A DNA stretch of 32,000 nucleotides from an uncultured Planctomycetota bacterium (GCA_963709355.1 CAVPVY010000005.1:1193722-1225721); one strand, 5' to 3'. Shown: positions 17,577 to 24,649, counted from the stretch's first letter. Numbers and translations are program-made. Notes: generated by a model from the sequence alone, not told the origin.

Positions 17577-17629
17577 GAAATAAAAAAGGCAGTTAAACTA
17601 AGTGTAGGACGGTACACCTAGCCACTGCC
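17577..17629 (-). terminator. Terminator-like hairpin immediately upstream of the 85-aa/integrase gene pair
   Basis: On the minus strand, GGCAGT...ACTGCC (17629-17588) has internal AGGTGTA/TACACTT pairing and is followed by TTTTTTATTTC. Confidence 0.45.
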
Positions 17630-17756
17630 TCTTATTGCCTGAATAAACAGGCATGTATTGTTTGCATCCCGTCCAATGCCTTATCCTACGTACGTTTAAC
17701 GTACCTTTAGAGTATTGTCAAGTCTTTTTATGTATTCTTATCATTTCTTTTTTATA

Positions 17757-17785
17757 TTGACGTATTATCATAAGCTTGTTAATAT
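17757..17785 (+). promoter_or_regulatory. Promoter predicting a leaderless transcript for the plus-strand module
   Basis: TTGACG (17757-17762), a 17-nt spacer, then TAATAT (17780-17785). The ATG at 17792 lies 7 nt after the -10 element, and no SD sequence is present. Confidence 0.45.
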
Positions 17786-17791
17786 TCTTAT

Positions 17792-18088
17792 ATGAGTGTA
17801 TATGAACAAGTGAAACAAGCATTACAGGATATCGTAGCCCCTGAGTTAAAATCAATCCAAGTGGAGCTACGGCGTCTTGATAACAGGATTGATTCCGTAG
17901 ATAAAAGGATTGATTCTGTAAAATCAGAAATCACCTCCGAAATTGATTCTTTAAAAACGGTCTTAACAGCAGAAATCAAGCGTTTAGACTCCAAAATAGA
18001 CTCCCTTGATGATAAGATAGATACCGCCATTCAAATAAGAGAACGCCTCGCAACACTAGAAGCAAAACTTGCCGCTATGGGAAATTAA
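17792..18088 (+). CDS. 98-aa coiled-coil repeat protein (RIDSVDKRIDSVK / KRLDSKIDSLDDKID repeats)
   Basis: Heptad-like charged repeats with an ATG start. The antisense 80-aa ORF is Ser/Ile/Leu-rich, which is the typical shadow of a Glu/Lys/Asp-rich frame. Confidence 0.55.
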   Translation: MSVYEQVKQALQDIVAPELKSIQVELRRLDNRIDSVDKRIDSVKSEITSEIDSLKTVLTAEIKRLDSKIDSLDDKIDTAIQIRERLATLEAKLAAMGN

Positions 18089-18090
18089 AC

Positions 18091-18195
18091 ATGAGTAACC
18101 TTGCTATACTTTTTGCCATTATTTGTGTAATTGGATTAATTGGTATTTTCTGGACACGTTACAGCCAGAAGCGTCATACTAAACAACCCCATTGA
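18091..18195 (+). CDS. 34-aa single-TM micro-protein (MSNLAILFAIICVIGLIGIFWTRYSQKRHTKQPH)
   Basis: Found by hand translation. It starts 2 nt after the coiled-coil gene stop, has a hydrophobic helix plus a basic tail, and overlaps the convergent dam 3' end by 17 nt. Confidence 0.35.
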   Translation: MSNLAILFAIICVIGLIGIFWTRYSQKRHTKQPH

Positions 18196-19060
18196 ATAAC
18201 TGTGTTTTAGTTTCAAAATTGCAGGAAAGGACTTCAACTGTCTTTGGTTTTTCAGTTCCCGGCACTGCTTTATGACTACCCTTGAAAGATTCATAAACAT
18301 ATTTATTCCAGCCTTGATATAATTCATCATATAAGTCATTCTGGTAATGTGTAACCATTGCCCTACCCTTTACGTTATGAAGCAATCCTGCAAGCCTGTA
18401 ATGGTCTTGCTCTGTGAAGGTATCTAAGTAATAAGTTTCATGCTTAAAGTATGGTGGATCAACATAAAATAACGTTTGTGGACTGTCATAACGACTGATA
18501 CATTCCGGATAGTCAAGGTTCTCAATACAAACGTTCCTGAGACGCTCTGCAATAATATTAAGGTCTTTTATAACGTTCCTGAAGCTCTGGACTGGATTCC
18601 TGCCTGTGGTAGAAGGTACAGCAAAACCACCCCGCTTCTGGTCTCCTGCAAAGGTAGTTCTATTGAGATAATACCACTGTGAGACACGCTCAATTTCGTT
18701 CTCAGGTATATCCCCAGCCTTCCAGTTCTTTCGTATCTCTTGCCATAATTGACGTGAGTAAGGCATGTAGTTAATGCATTCAATCAACGTTTGTCGGGTT
18801 TCAGGCTGTTGGATTACCCTAAAGAAGGATATCAAATGACCGTCTATATCATTTAAAATTTCCACAGGTGAATGCTCTTTTGCAAAGAATAAATGACAAG
18901 CTCCGCAAAACGGTTCAACGTAACAGGTATGCTCAGGGATATGTTGAGTTAACCGGCTTACAAGGTAATATTTCCCGCCTATGCGACTAACAGGGCTTTT
19001 AAGCACGACACCCATCAGTGTTTCTCGACTCCTGAATGCGTGCTTGAATCCACTGGTCAA
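18179..19060 (-). CDS. DNA N6-adenine methyltransferase, Dam (D12) class, orphan
   Basis: SRIGGKYYL, EPFCGACHLFF (SAM-binding FxGxG-like) and FYVDPPYF (DPPY catalytic motif). The true start may be the internal Met at 19015. Confidence 0.85.
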   Translation of the reverse strand: MTSGFKHAFRSRETLMGVVLKSPVSRIGGKYYLVSRLTQHIPEHTCYVEPFCGACHLFFAKEHSPVEILNDIDGHLISFFRVIQQPETRQTLIECINYMPYSRQLWQEIRKNWKAGDIPENEIERVSQWYYLNRTTFAGDQKRGGFAVPSTTGRNPVQSFRNVIKDLNIIAERLRNVCIENLDYPECISRYDSPQTLFYVDPPYFKHETYYLDTFTEQDHYRLAGLLHNVKGRAMVTHYQNDLYDELYQGWNKYVYESFKGSHKAVPGTEKPKTVEVLSCNFETKTQLFNGVV

Positions 19061-19223
19061 GGTCTGACTTTCGGAATCTGTTCAGCTTGCCGATTTTACA
19101 AAAGGGTATCTGACGCCTCATACACATACTGTAAATTGTGCTTAATTTTATCCCCAAATAATCTGCCGCTTGTTGCGGTGTTAAAAGCCCCCCGCCACCT
19201 TCTATGACCTTCAATTCAGGCAT
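18999..19223 (-). CDS. Excisionase/AlpA-family helix-turn-helix DNA-binding protein
   Basis: LLTPQQAADYLGIKLSTIYSMCMRRQIPFCKIGKLNRFRKSDLDQWI matches the excisionase-family HTH pattern. Confidence 0.75.
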   Translation of the reverse strand: MPELKVIEGGGGLLTPQQAADYLGIKLSTIYSMCMRRQIPFCKIGKLNRFRKSDLDQWIQARIQESRNTDGCRA

Positions 19224-19229
19224 AATTTA

Positions 19230-19436
19230 TTACACTCCAGAAATTGGTATCGTTTCTACTGGTCCCACTTTGGTACCAGTAGAAATAAGGTTATTTTTAA
19301 TAAGATTCCCACTTTCTAAATTCTCAATATGCTTCTTAATTTCAATAGCATCTCGTAAGAATGCTTTGACTTTGTTCATTTCGTGAATGTACTTCAGATA
19401 AAAATATTCGATTTCTTCAAATTGTGTTTTTTTCAT
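19230..19436 (-). CDS. Hypothetical 68-aa protein
   Basis: ORF in the leftward operon. No motif recognised. Confidence 0.4.
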   Translation of the reverse strand: MKKTQFEEIEYFYLKYIHEMNKVKAFLRDAIEIKKHIENLESGNLIKNNLISTGTKVGPVETIPISGV

Positions 19437-19569
19437 TTGTCACCCCTTCCAAATCCCCAGCAATAGTTTCAAGACATTGCCTGATTTCATTGTCTAAAAT
19501 CTCATTGACTTTTTTTGGGTCTCGCTCAGCCGCTATAATAGGACTTATCCTGTTTGGTATGTTTAGTAA

Positions 19570-19896
19570 CTAATCTCTCAATAGACGTCCCTTCGCAAAA
19601 GCGGCTTCCCGCACGTCCTTTGCTAGAATTAGCTCCCCACTTCGTTCTTTGTATTCCAACTCAGCCAGCAACGCCTTGAAGTGTTCTTTAACGGCTCGTG
19701 ATTTCGCTAAATCTTGATTTTCAGAATGTTTTAAAAACTTTGCCTCGTGCCATTTAATAACTCTTGGCAATTCAAATTCATGTTCTTTACCATTAAATTT
19801 GGAAGGACATCCGCTGTTACACCAATTTTCAATAGTGGTTCGTGATACTTTGAAAGCCTGTGCAAGCTTACTTTTTCCTGTAATTTTCATTGACAA
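19570..19896 (-). CDS. Nu1-type HTH / small-terminase-like protein, truncated by an in-frame TAG (see findings)
   Basis: The N-terminal KSKLAQAFKVSRTTIENWCNSGCP...FELPRVIKWH resembles the phage Nu1/TerS HTH. The same frame stays open for 50 more codons after the TAG. Confidence 0.6.
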   Translation of the reverse strand: MSMKITGKSKLAQAFKVSRTTIENWCNSGCPSKFNGKEHEFELPRVIKWHEAKFLKHSENQDLAKSRAVKEHFKALLAELEYKERSGELILAKDVREAAFAKGRLLRD

Positions 19897-19977
19897 TAAC
19901 CCTTAAAAATTTCCCTCTAACTGGTTAAATCCTGCGGTCGTTTCGTCCCTGCACGTAAAGGATTGTTGGAAGTACCT

Positions 19978-20445
19978 TTAGGACACACCGCAAACCTTTG
20001 TCCTGCCTGATTCAACCGCCTTCAAATATGCTAAATAGCTGTTGAAATTATTCATAAATTCAGCCCGGAGTGTAGCATTGGTTTTCCATTTTTCTTCAGG
20101 AGTCATCGGCTTCGGTTCCGGTGTTGTTCTTTGTGGTACGGTCGGAATTGACGCCCTTATTCCAGCGTCTTTTAGCATATTAAATAAATTCAAAGCGGCT
20201 TCAGCCCTTGCTCGCATTTCTTGAGTAACTTTGATTTCTTGTTTAGGTTCAGGTATTTTGTCAAGAAATTTGTAGGTATGTCCTGCTAGGGTTTCAAACA
20301 CCCGCTCTGACACTTTCTTTAGCCTATCGAAGCATTTAATATTTTTTCGCTCTCCCATAAATACCATCCGCCCCACAGAGTTTCGCACCATAACGAAATC
20401 ACTCTCGACAATTTTTTCATTTCCATCAGCAAATGTTTTTTCCAT
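19978..20445 (-). CDS. Hypothetical 155-aa protein
   Basis: ORF with a GGGAG RBS. It has a Pro-rich linker and a C-terminal amphipathic region (EEKWKTNATLRAEFMNNFNSYLAYLKAVESGR). Confidence 0.5.
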   Translation of the reverse strand: MEKTFADGNEKIVESDFVMVRNSVGRMVFMGERKNIKCFDRLKKVSERVFETLAGHTYKFLDKIPEPKQEIKVTQEMRARAEAALNLFNMLKDAGIRASIPTVPQRTTPEPKPMTPEEKWKTNATLRAEFMNNFNSYLAYLKAVESGRTKVCGVS

Positions 20446-20481
20446 ATTTAAAGCTCCCTATTAAAAAGTTTATAAAAGTGA

Positions 20482-20514
20482 GGCAGGCAGGAAAATGAGG
20501 AAATCCTGCCCGCC
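20482..20514 (-). terminator. Intra-element hairpin (terminator-like) between two unknown genes
   Basis: On the minus strand GGCGGGCAGGA pairs with TCCTGCCTGCC (10 of 11 positions) and is followed by CACTTTTATAAACTTTTT. An adjacent CCACC-GGCG-GGTGG mini-hairpin lies at 20513-20526. Confidence 0.4.
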
Positions 20515-20529
20515 ACCCGCCGGTGGACG

Positions 20530-20928
20530 CTATTTAATTCTAAATGGTGTTGCATCGTCCCGTCGCTTGAAACATACCAATCCGTAATTATCAAAATCCG
20601 GCTGCACGTACTTAAAAACACCAATTTCGTGTCCTTTTCCTATAAGGTTAAATGAATTTAAGCCGTCACAAAACACGGCAGCGCCTGGTTTTGCCTTACG
20701 TACATTTGAAATTTTTACGAGAACACCGCCTCTGGTAATGACTAACACCCGCCCCCCCTCAATTCCCGTCCTGTCAATAAACCCCAAAAAGCCGTCGTGC
20801 TCTCCCGTAATAGGGACCGCCTTGCCGTAACTCAACCCCACCGGGTGACCTTTTTCTAAACCTTTTCCGCCTGAAAAAACTCCCGATTTCCTCTTTACAC
20901 TGGTATCAAACGCCCGTGCTATTTCCAT
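20530..20928 (-). CDS. Hypothetical beta-rich protein (about 132 aa)
   Basis: I chose the start at the Met preceded by AGGAGG (MEIARAFD...), not the ORF-track start at 20964. Gly/Val-rich; weak resemblance to small phage capsid-associated (DUF2190-like) proteins, from memory only. Confidence 0.45.
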   Translation of the reverse strand: MEIARAFDTSVKRKSGVFSGGKGLEKGHPVGLSYGKAVPITGEHDGFLGFIDRTGIEGGRVLVITRGGVLVKISNVRKAKPGAAVFCDGLNSFNLIGKGHEIGVFKYVQPDFDNYGLVCFKRRDDATPFRIK

Positions 20929-20947
20929 TTTTACACCTCCTAAAAAG

Positions 20948-21331
20948 TTAAGAATTAATTTCACTGTTCTTAAACAATTTTAAAAATTCCAAATGAATAT
21001 ACCACCAGTCGTTGCATGTTTTCTGAAATTCCGTAAAATCGTTTCCCCAAAAACTGTTTATTCTATCTTCCAACCGTAAACTTTCTTGAAAACGTTCAGG
21101 ATGTTTCCCCCTTGCATAGTCTAGAACGCCGGAAGGGTAATTCTGATTGATTTTTTTAGTGGTATCCATGAAGTAACATTCAAATTTATCCATAGGCATA
21201 ATCTTGCCTGCTTCGATTAATTGACTTGCTGATTGTTCAGATAGTTTTACAATTTGCCCCTTTTTTATCTCTTTCGTTCCCTCTGGAGTTTTTGCAGAAA
21301 AATCTTCAATTACCTCATAGCGTAATGTCAT
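20948..21331 (-). CDS. Hypothetical 127-aa protein, ATGA-coupled to the primase-helicase gene
   Basis: Its start codon overlaps the stop codon of the upstream gene (GCATGACA). No motif recognised. Confidence 0.5.
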   Translation of the reverse strand: MTLRYEVIEDFSAKTPEGTKEIKKGQIVKLSEQSASQLIEAGKIMPMDKFECYFMDTTKKINQNYPSGVLDYARGKHPERFQESLRLEDRINSFWGNDFTEFQKTCNDWWYIHLEFLKLFKNSEINS

Positions 21332-23298
21332 GCTTCCACCTCTATGCTTTCGACCGCAAAAGGTACGTCTAAAGCCAGTTTTTTTTGTTCGTTTTTACCC
21401 TCATTTTTCTTGTTCCCGACACCTGCGAAATCTTCGGTACGAGAATCGTTTTTTGTGAAATTGTCGGTACGAGAATCCGGCTTACAGCCGTGTGGGTTTC
21501 CAGCCATTTTCTTATTCTCGTATTCTTGTTTTACGTATAGGTCTGGTACGAGAATACGAGAATACAAAAACGGGTCTCCGCGGCTACCTTTCCCATCTCT
21601 TTTGACTCCCCCCGCTGATACCAGTTCTCTTATTGCTTTACGTTTTAGTGCGGTGTTGCCTTCTGTTTCTTTTACAATTAGCGGCTCTGTGACTGGCGCG
21701 GTTTGTGTTAATAGAAACGCAATTATTGCCTTTTTCATCATGTTTACGTCTTGCTCTTGCCTTGTCCCCCCAATAGTGACAGTTCTTGTTTCTCTGTCAA
21801 AATTCAGTATTGTTTCTTCCAAATCATCTCCGTACCTTTGAATGGTTTGCAAGGTTCGATAGTGTTCGTGTCTTTTCATCACCATTAAGGTATCCACTGT
21901 GCCGAAAATTGCCGTGCTACCTAACACAGAATCGCCGCCGTCACGCTGTCCTTTAGATGAATGATGAACACAAAGAACATGAACTCCACTGTCCCTTGCC
22001 AACCTGAGTAAAGGATCGAGAGCATTTGTAACTTGTATATAATCATTTCCGTCTTTCACTTTCGTTAACCTGAATAGTGGATCTATTATAATTAAGACAG
22101 GGTTTAGACGTTCGGTAGCCTCTCGAATTTGTTTTATAGCATCAACTGGAGTGCCTCCGGTGTAAATATGGAGTTCCTCATCACCGTTAGCACCCATATC
22201 CAGGAAATGTTTTTTAACTTCTGCCCTTTTTTCTTCTAGCGCAAGGTATATTACAGCACCCTGTGTAACGCCACTATTGAGAAAAGATTCGCCTTTAGCA
22301 ACATGTAAACCCAGCGTTCTTGCAAAGGTAGATTTGCCCACCTTAGGCTTTGCAACACAAATAGAAAATCCACCAGAAGGCAATATTCCATCAACCAGCC
22401 ACGTCGTCGTTTCGGCAGGTTCTTTTAAAAGCGCACTAAGTTTCGTAAGTGTAATACCCGCTTTTTGCTCTTTGGTGTGTATCCATTCAGAAGCATTCTT
22501 TACAATTTCAATCAGTTTTGATTTATCATTACCGGCTATCTTTGACCAATCAAGAACGTCCTCAGCTTCAGAGAGTCCAAGAAGTTCGACAACTTTTAGT
22601 TCTTTAACTTTGCTATGCAATGCATTAGCAAGCTTGTAAGCGTAATTCCCGCCCGATGTGTCATTGTCTGGCAGGACAATTACTTTTTGCATGCTTCTAA
22701 AAATTTTAATATATTCGTCTTTTATAGGTGAATTTGCCCCAGAATCAAGACAGGTAGCAACCAAACCCCAAGAGTTTAATAAGTCTGCTTTTGCTTCACC
22801 CTCTACAATAAAGCAGTATTTCGACTTGACAAGCTCTGGCAAGTTATAAAGGACAGGATCGCATCCACGCCCTAAAACGCACTTGTTACCTTCTAGGTGT
22901 TTAAATATAAATTCTTTTAAACGCCCATTACGTCCCGGTTCCAGCCTTTCCTTGATATAAAGCAAACTGCCTGTAGCATCTTTATACTCGAATTTTGCCA
23001 CAACTTTTGGCTTTATATCCGACTCGACAGCCCCAGCAATTTTCCCTATTTCTTTTAGCGCCGTTGGGAAATCGGTGTCCTGAAACCGCTTGTAAAAATC
23101 GAAAACATCGCCCTTCGCATCGCATGAAAAACAGTGGAAAAGCCCCGTTTCTACATTTACGGATAAGCTTGGATGGTCGTCATCATGGAAGCAGCAAAGT
23201 CCGGTAGCTTCCTGCTTGTCGTTGACTTTCAGAGACGGGACATGATCTCTGTAAAATTTTACCATGTCCAGCCGATTAAGAATTTCCTGCTTATCCAT
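21328..23298 (-). CDS. Primase-helicase fusion (CHC2 zinc finger, Toprim, RecA-like/AAA_25 ATPase)
   Basis: CCFHDDDHPSLSV...FHCFSCDAKGD zinc finger; Toprim IVEGEAKADLL and VLPDNDTSGGNYA; Walker A AKPKVGKST; Walker B LIIIDPL. The start was moved to the ATG at 23298, which is preceded by GGAAGGATGGGG. Confidence 0.85.
   Translation of the reverse strand: MDKQEILNRLDMVKFYRDHVPSLKVNDKQEATGLCCFHDDDHPSLSVNVETGLFHCFSCDAKGDVFDFYKRFQDTDFPTALKEIGKIAGAVESDIKPKVVAKFEYKDATGSLLYIKERLEPGRNGRLKEFIFKHLEGNKCVLGRGCDPVLYNLPELVKSKYCFIVEGEAKADLLNSWGLVATCLDSGANSPIKDEYIKIFRSMQKVIVLPDNDTSGGNYAYKLANALHSKVKELKVVELLGLSEAEDVLDWSKIAGNDKSKLIEIVKNASEWIHTKEQKAGITLTKLSALLKEPAETTTWLVDGILPSGGFSICVAKPKVGKSTFARTLGLHVAKGESFLNSGVTQGAVIYLALEEKRAEVKKHFLDMGANGDEELHIYTGGTPVDAIKQIREATERLNPVLIIIDPLFRLTKVKDGNDYIQVTNALDPLLRLARDSGVHVLCVHHSSKGQRDGGDSVLGSTAIFGTVDTLMVMKRHEHYRTLQTIQRYGDDLEETILNFDRETRTVTIGGTRQEQDVNMMKKAIIAFLLTQTAPVTEPLIVKETEGNTALKRKAIRELVSAGGVKRDGKGSRGDPFLYSRILVPDLYVKQEYENKKMAGNPHGCKPDSRTDNFTKNDSRTEDFAGVGNKKNEGKNEQKKLALDVPFAVESIEVEA
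21434..21565. repeat. Iteron-like cluster of TACGAGAAT repeats (candidate replication origin)
   Basis: TCGGTACGAGAATC occurs at 21434-21447 and 21464-21477 (30-bp phasing). An inverted ATTCTCGTA lies at 21514-21522. GGTACGAGAAT plus a tandem ACGAGAAT lie at 21545-21563. Confidence 0.6.
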
Positions 23299-23394
23299 TA
23301 CCCCATCCTTCCTTTTCAACAACCGCTAAAATTTCAGGCTTTTTGAATACAGTCACATGTTGCATGTTAGTGTTACCCACATTGACAAATTTTT

Positions 23395-24099
23395 TTAGAT
23401 GATTTTTGCCAGCAAATCAAGAAAAGAAACTGCTCTTTCATAATCCTTTTTTGAAATATTTTCTTTCACTGTCCTAATAATTCCCAATATTGCAGCTTTC
23501 TGCGTGCTCCAAAGAATGGTATTTCCAACAATATCTTCGGGAACATACCGCTTGAGAATCAACAAATAATGGATCAAAAGTGCCAAATTTGCATCCTTTC
23601 GATCCTTAAGAAAAGAAAACATTGCCGTCGTAATTTCCTTCAGTAAGACGGGATGATATTGTAAAAAATCTTTAAAAAGCTCTGGTTTGAATTCTGCAAG
23701 ATTTTCAATAAATAAAACAATAAAATCACGGTAATGATTTCCAATAGCGTTCAAAAAGAATTTTTCCGTTCTCCACTTCCTCAGTAGCCCATGACCTACA
23801 TTGACCGCTTTGGCAATGTCCTCGCCCTTCATATTTTTCAAATGGAATAGTGTCGCTTTATATTTTGGATAAAGAAACCCTATCTGCTCACCTTTCGGAG
23901 TTCCTTTCCGGGACGGCTCGATATATTTATCCAATCGTTCGTTTATAAATTTTTCTAACAAGGTTTTGTTTTTTATTGTGTAGTCTCCTAAATAAAATCT
24001 AATCACGGTAACATTATATACACCATTGTTCCTTATGTCAATATAAAAATAAGAATTTTTTAAATTCCTTGTAACTACAGGTAAATTTTTGGTGTGCAT
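23395..24099 (-). CDS. Hypothetical 234-aa protein with a possible internal HTH (first gene of the leftward operon)
   Basis: GEDIAKAVNVGHGLLRKWRTEK resembles a helix-turn-helix. Its position next to attR suggests a regulator. Confidence 0.5.
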   Translation of the reverse strand: MHTKNLPVVTRNLKNSYFYIDIRNNGVYNVTVIRFYLGDYTIKNKTLLEKFINERLDKYIEPSRKGTPKGEQIGFLYPKYKATLFHLKNMKGEDIAKAVNVGHGLLRKWRTEKFFLNAIGNHYRDFIVLFIENLAEFKPELFKDFLQYHPVLLKEITTAMFSFLKDRKDANLALLIHYLLILKRYVPEDIVGNTILWSTQKAAILGIIRTVKENISKKDYERAVSFLDLLAKII

Positions 24100-24329
24100 T
24101 GTTACCCCCTTCAGTAATTACCCCTTGAAAAGAAATTAAGGGAAGCCCGTCAAGGGAACGGGTTGTCGGTAGCAAGCCTATCCCTTAATTAAATTCTATG
24201 CTGGAAAACCCTATCTAAACAAGCATTTTAGACACTCAGATTGGTTTCATTGACCTAAACCACGTTAAAGACTTCTCAATGCGCTTAATCGCTAATTTTG
24301 CCGTATCCTTTGGACTTAAAGAAAACAAA

Positions 24330-24358
24330 ATCACTGGTACCGATTTGGTACCAGTGAT
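24330..24358 (-). terminator. Perfect 12-bp inverted repeat hairpin (ATCACTGGTACC-GATTT-GGTACCAGTGAT)
   Basis: On the minus strand it is followed by TTTTGTTTTCTTT, so it could block read-in transcription from attR. It could alternatively be a palindromic operator. Confidence 0.4.
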
Positions 24359-24426
24359 CCAGTCCTTAACCGGCTATTAAGAAACATAAAATAATTATGC
24401 CAGTTACATAACCATTACATAAAACT

Positions 24427-24447
24427 TAAGTCGTACCTGAGTCGTAC
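24427..24447 (+). repeat. Inner direct repeat TAAGTCGTACCTGAGTCGTAC (candidate integrase arm-type site, attR side)
   Basis: Perfect copy of 16122-16142, with extended imperfect similarity upstream (CAT.A.ATAAA). Confidence 0.6.
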
Positions 24448-24570
24448 TCTAAATAAGAAAACACCAAAACAAACTAAAACACATCAAAACAGGAATACCT
24501 GAAATCCCTTGAATATTCAAGTAAAATCAAGTAGAATAGAAAAGACTAAAACAGGTAAAAAATGCCTTAG

Positions 24571-24589
24571 AATTAGTCTGTCTAACTAT
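24571..24589 (+). repeat. attR core (AATTAGTCTGTCTAACTAT)
   Basis: Identical 19-mer to 16025-16043, in direct orientation. Confidence 0.75.
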
Positions 24590-24649
24590 GAACGTTTCTC
24601 AGAAATATACAACCCTTATAGAATCAATTAATAAATAATCCAATTAAAA

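Larger units (their letters stand above)
16025..24589. mobile_element. Integrated site-specific element (phage-satellite-like / integrative island) at the 3' end of lpdA
   Basis: It is bounded by a perfect 19-bp direct repeat that includes the lpdA stop codon. The integrase lies just inside attL. It also carries Xis-like, Dam, terS-like and primase-helicase genes with iterons, and no virion structural genes. Confidence 0.8.

Noticed and set aside
17788-18030. 80-aa minus-strand ORF overlapping the coiled-coil gene
   Set aside because: Its Ser/Ile/Leu-rich composition is the expected antisense shadow of a Glu/Lys/Asp-rich frame. The plus-strand frame has a promoter, an ATG and a coupled downstream micro-ORF. 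I kept it as the alternative to test.
21344-21841. 165-aa plus-strand ORF; likewise 22277-22639, 22658-22849 and 22995-23207
   Set aside because: All lie antisense inside the primase-helicase gene, which has strong motif support. Their products are Ser/Phe/Leu-rich low-complexity shadows with no RBS.
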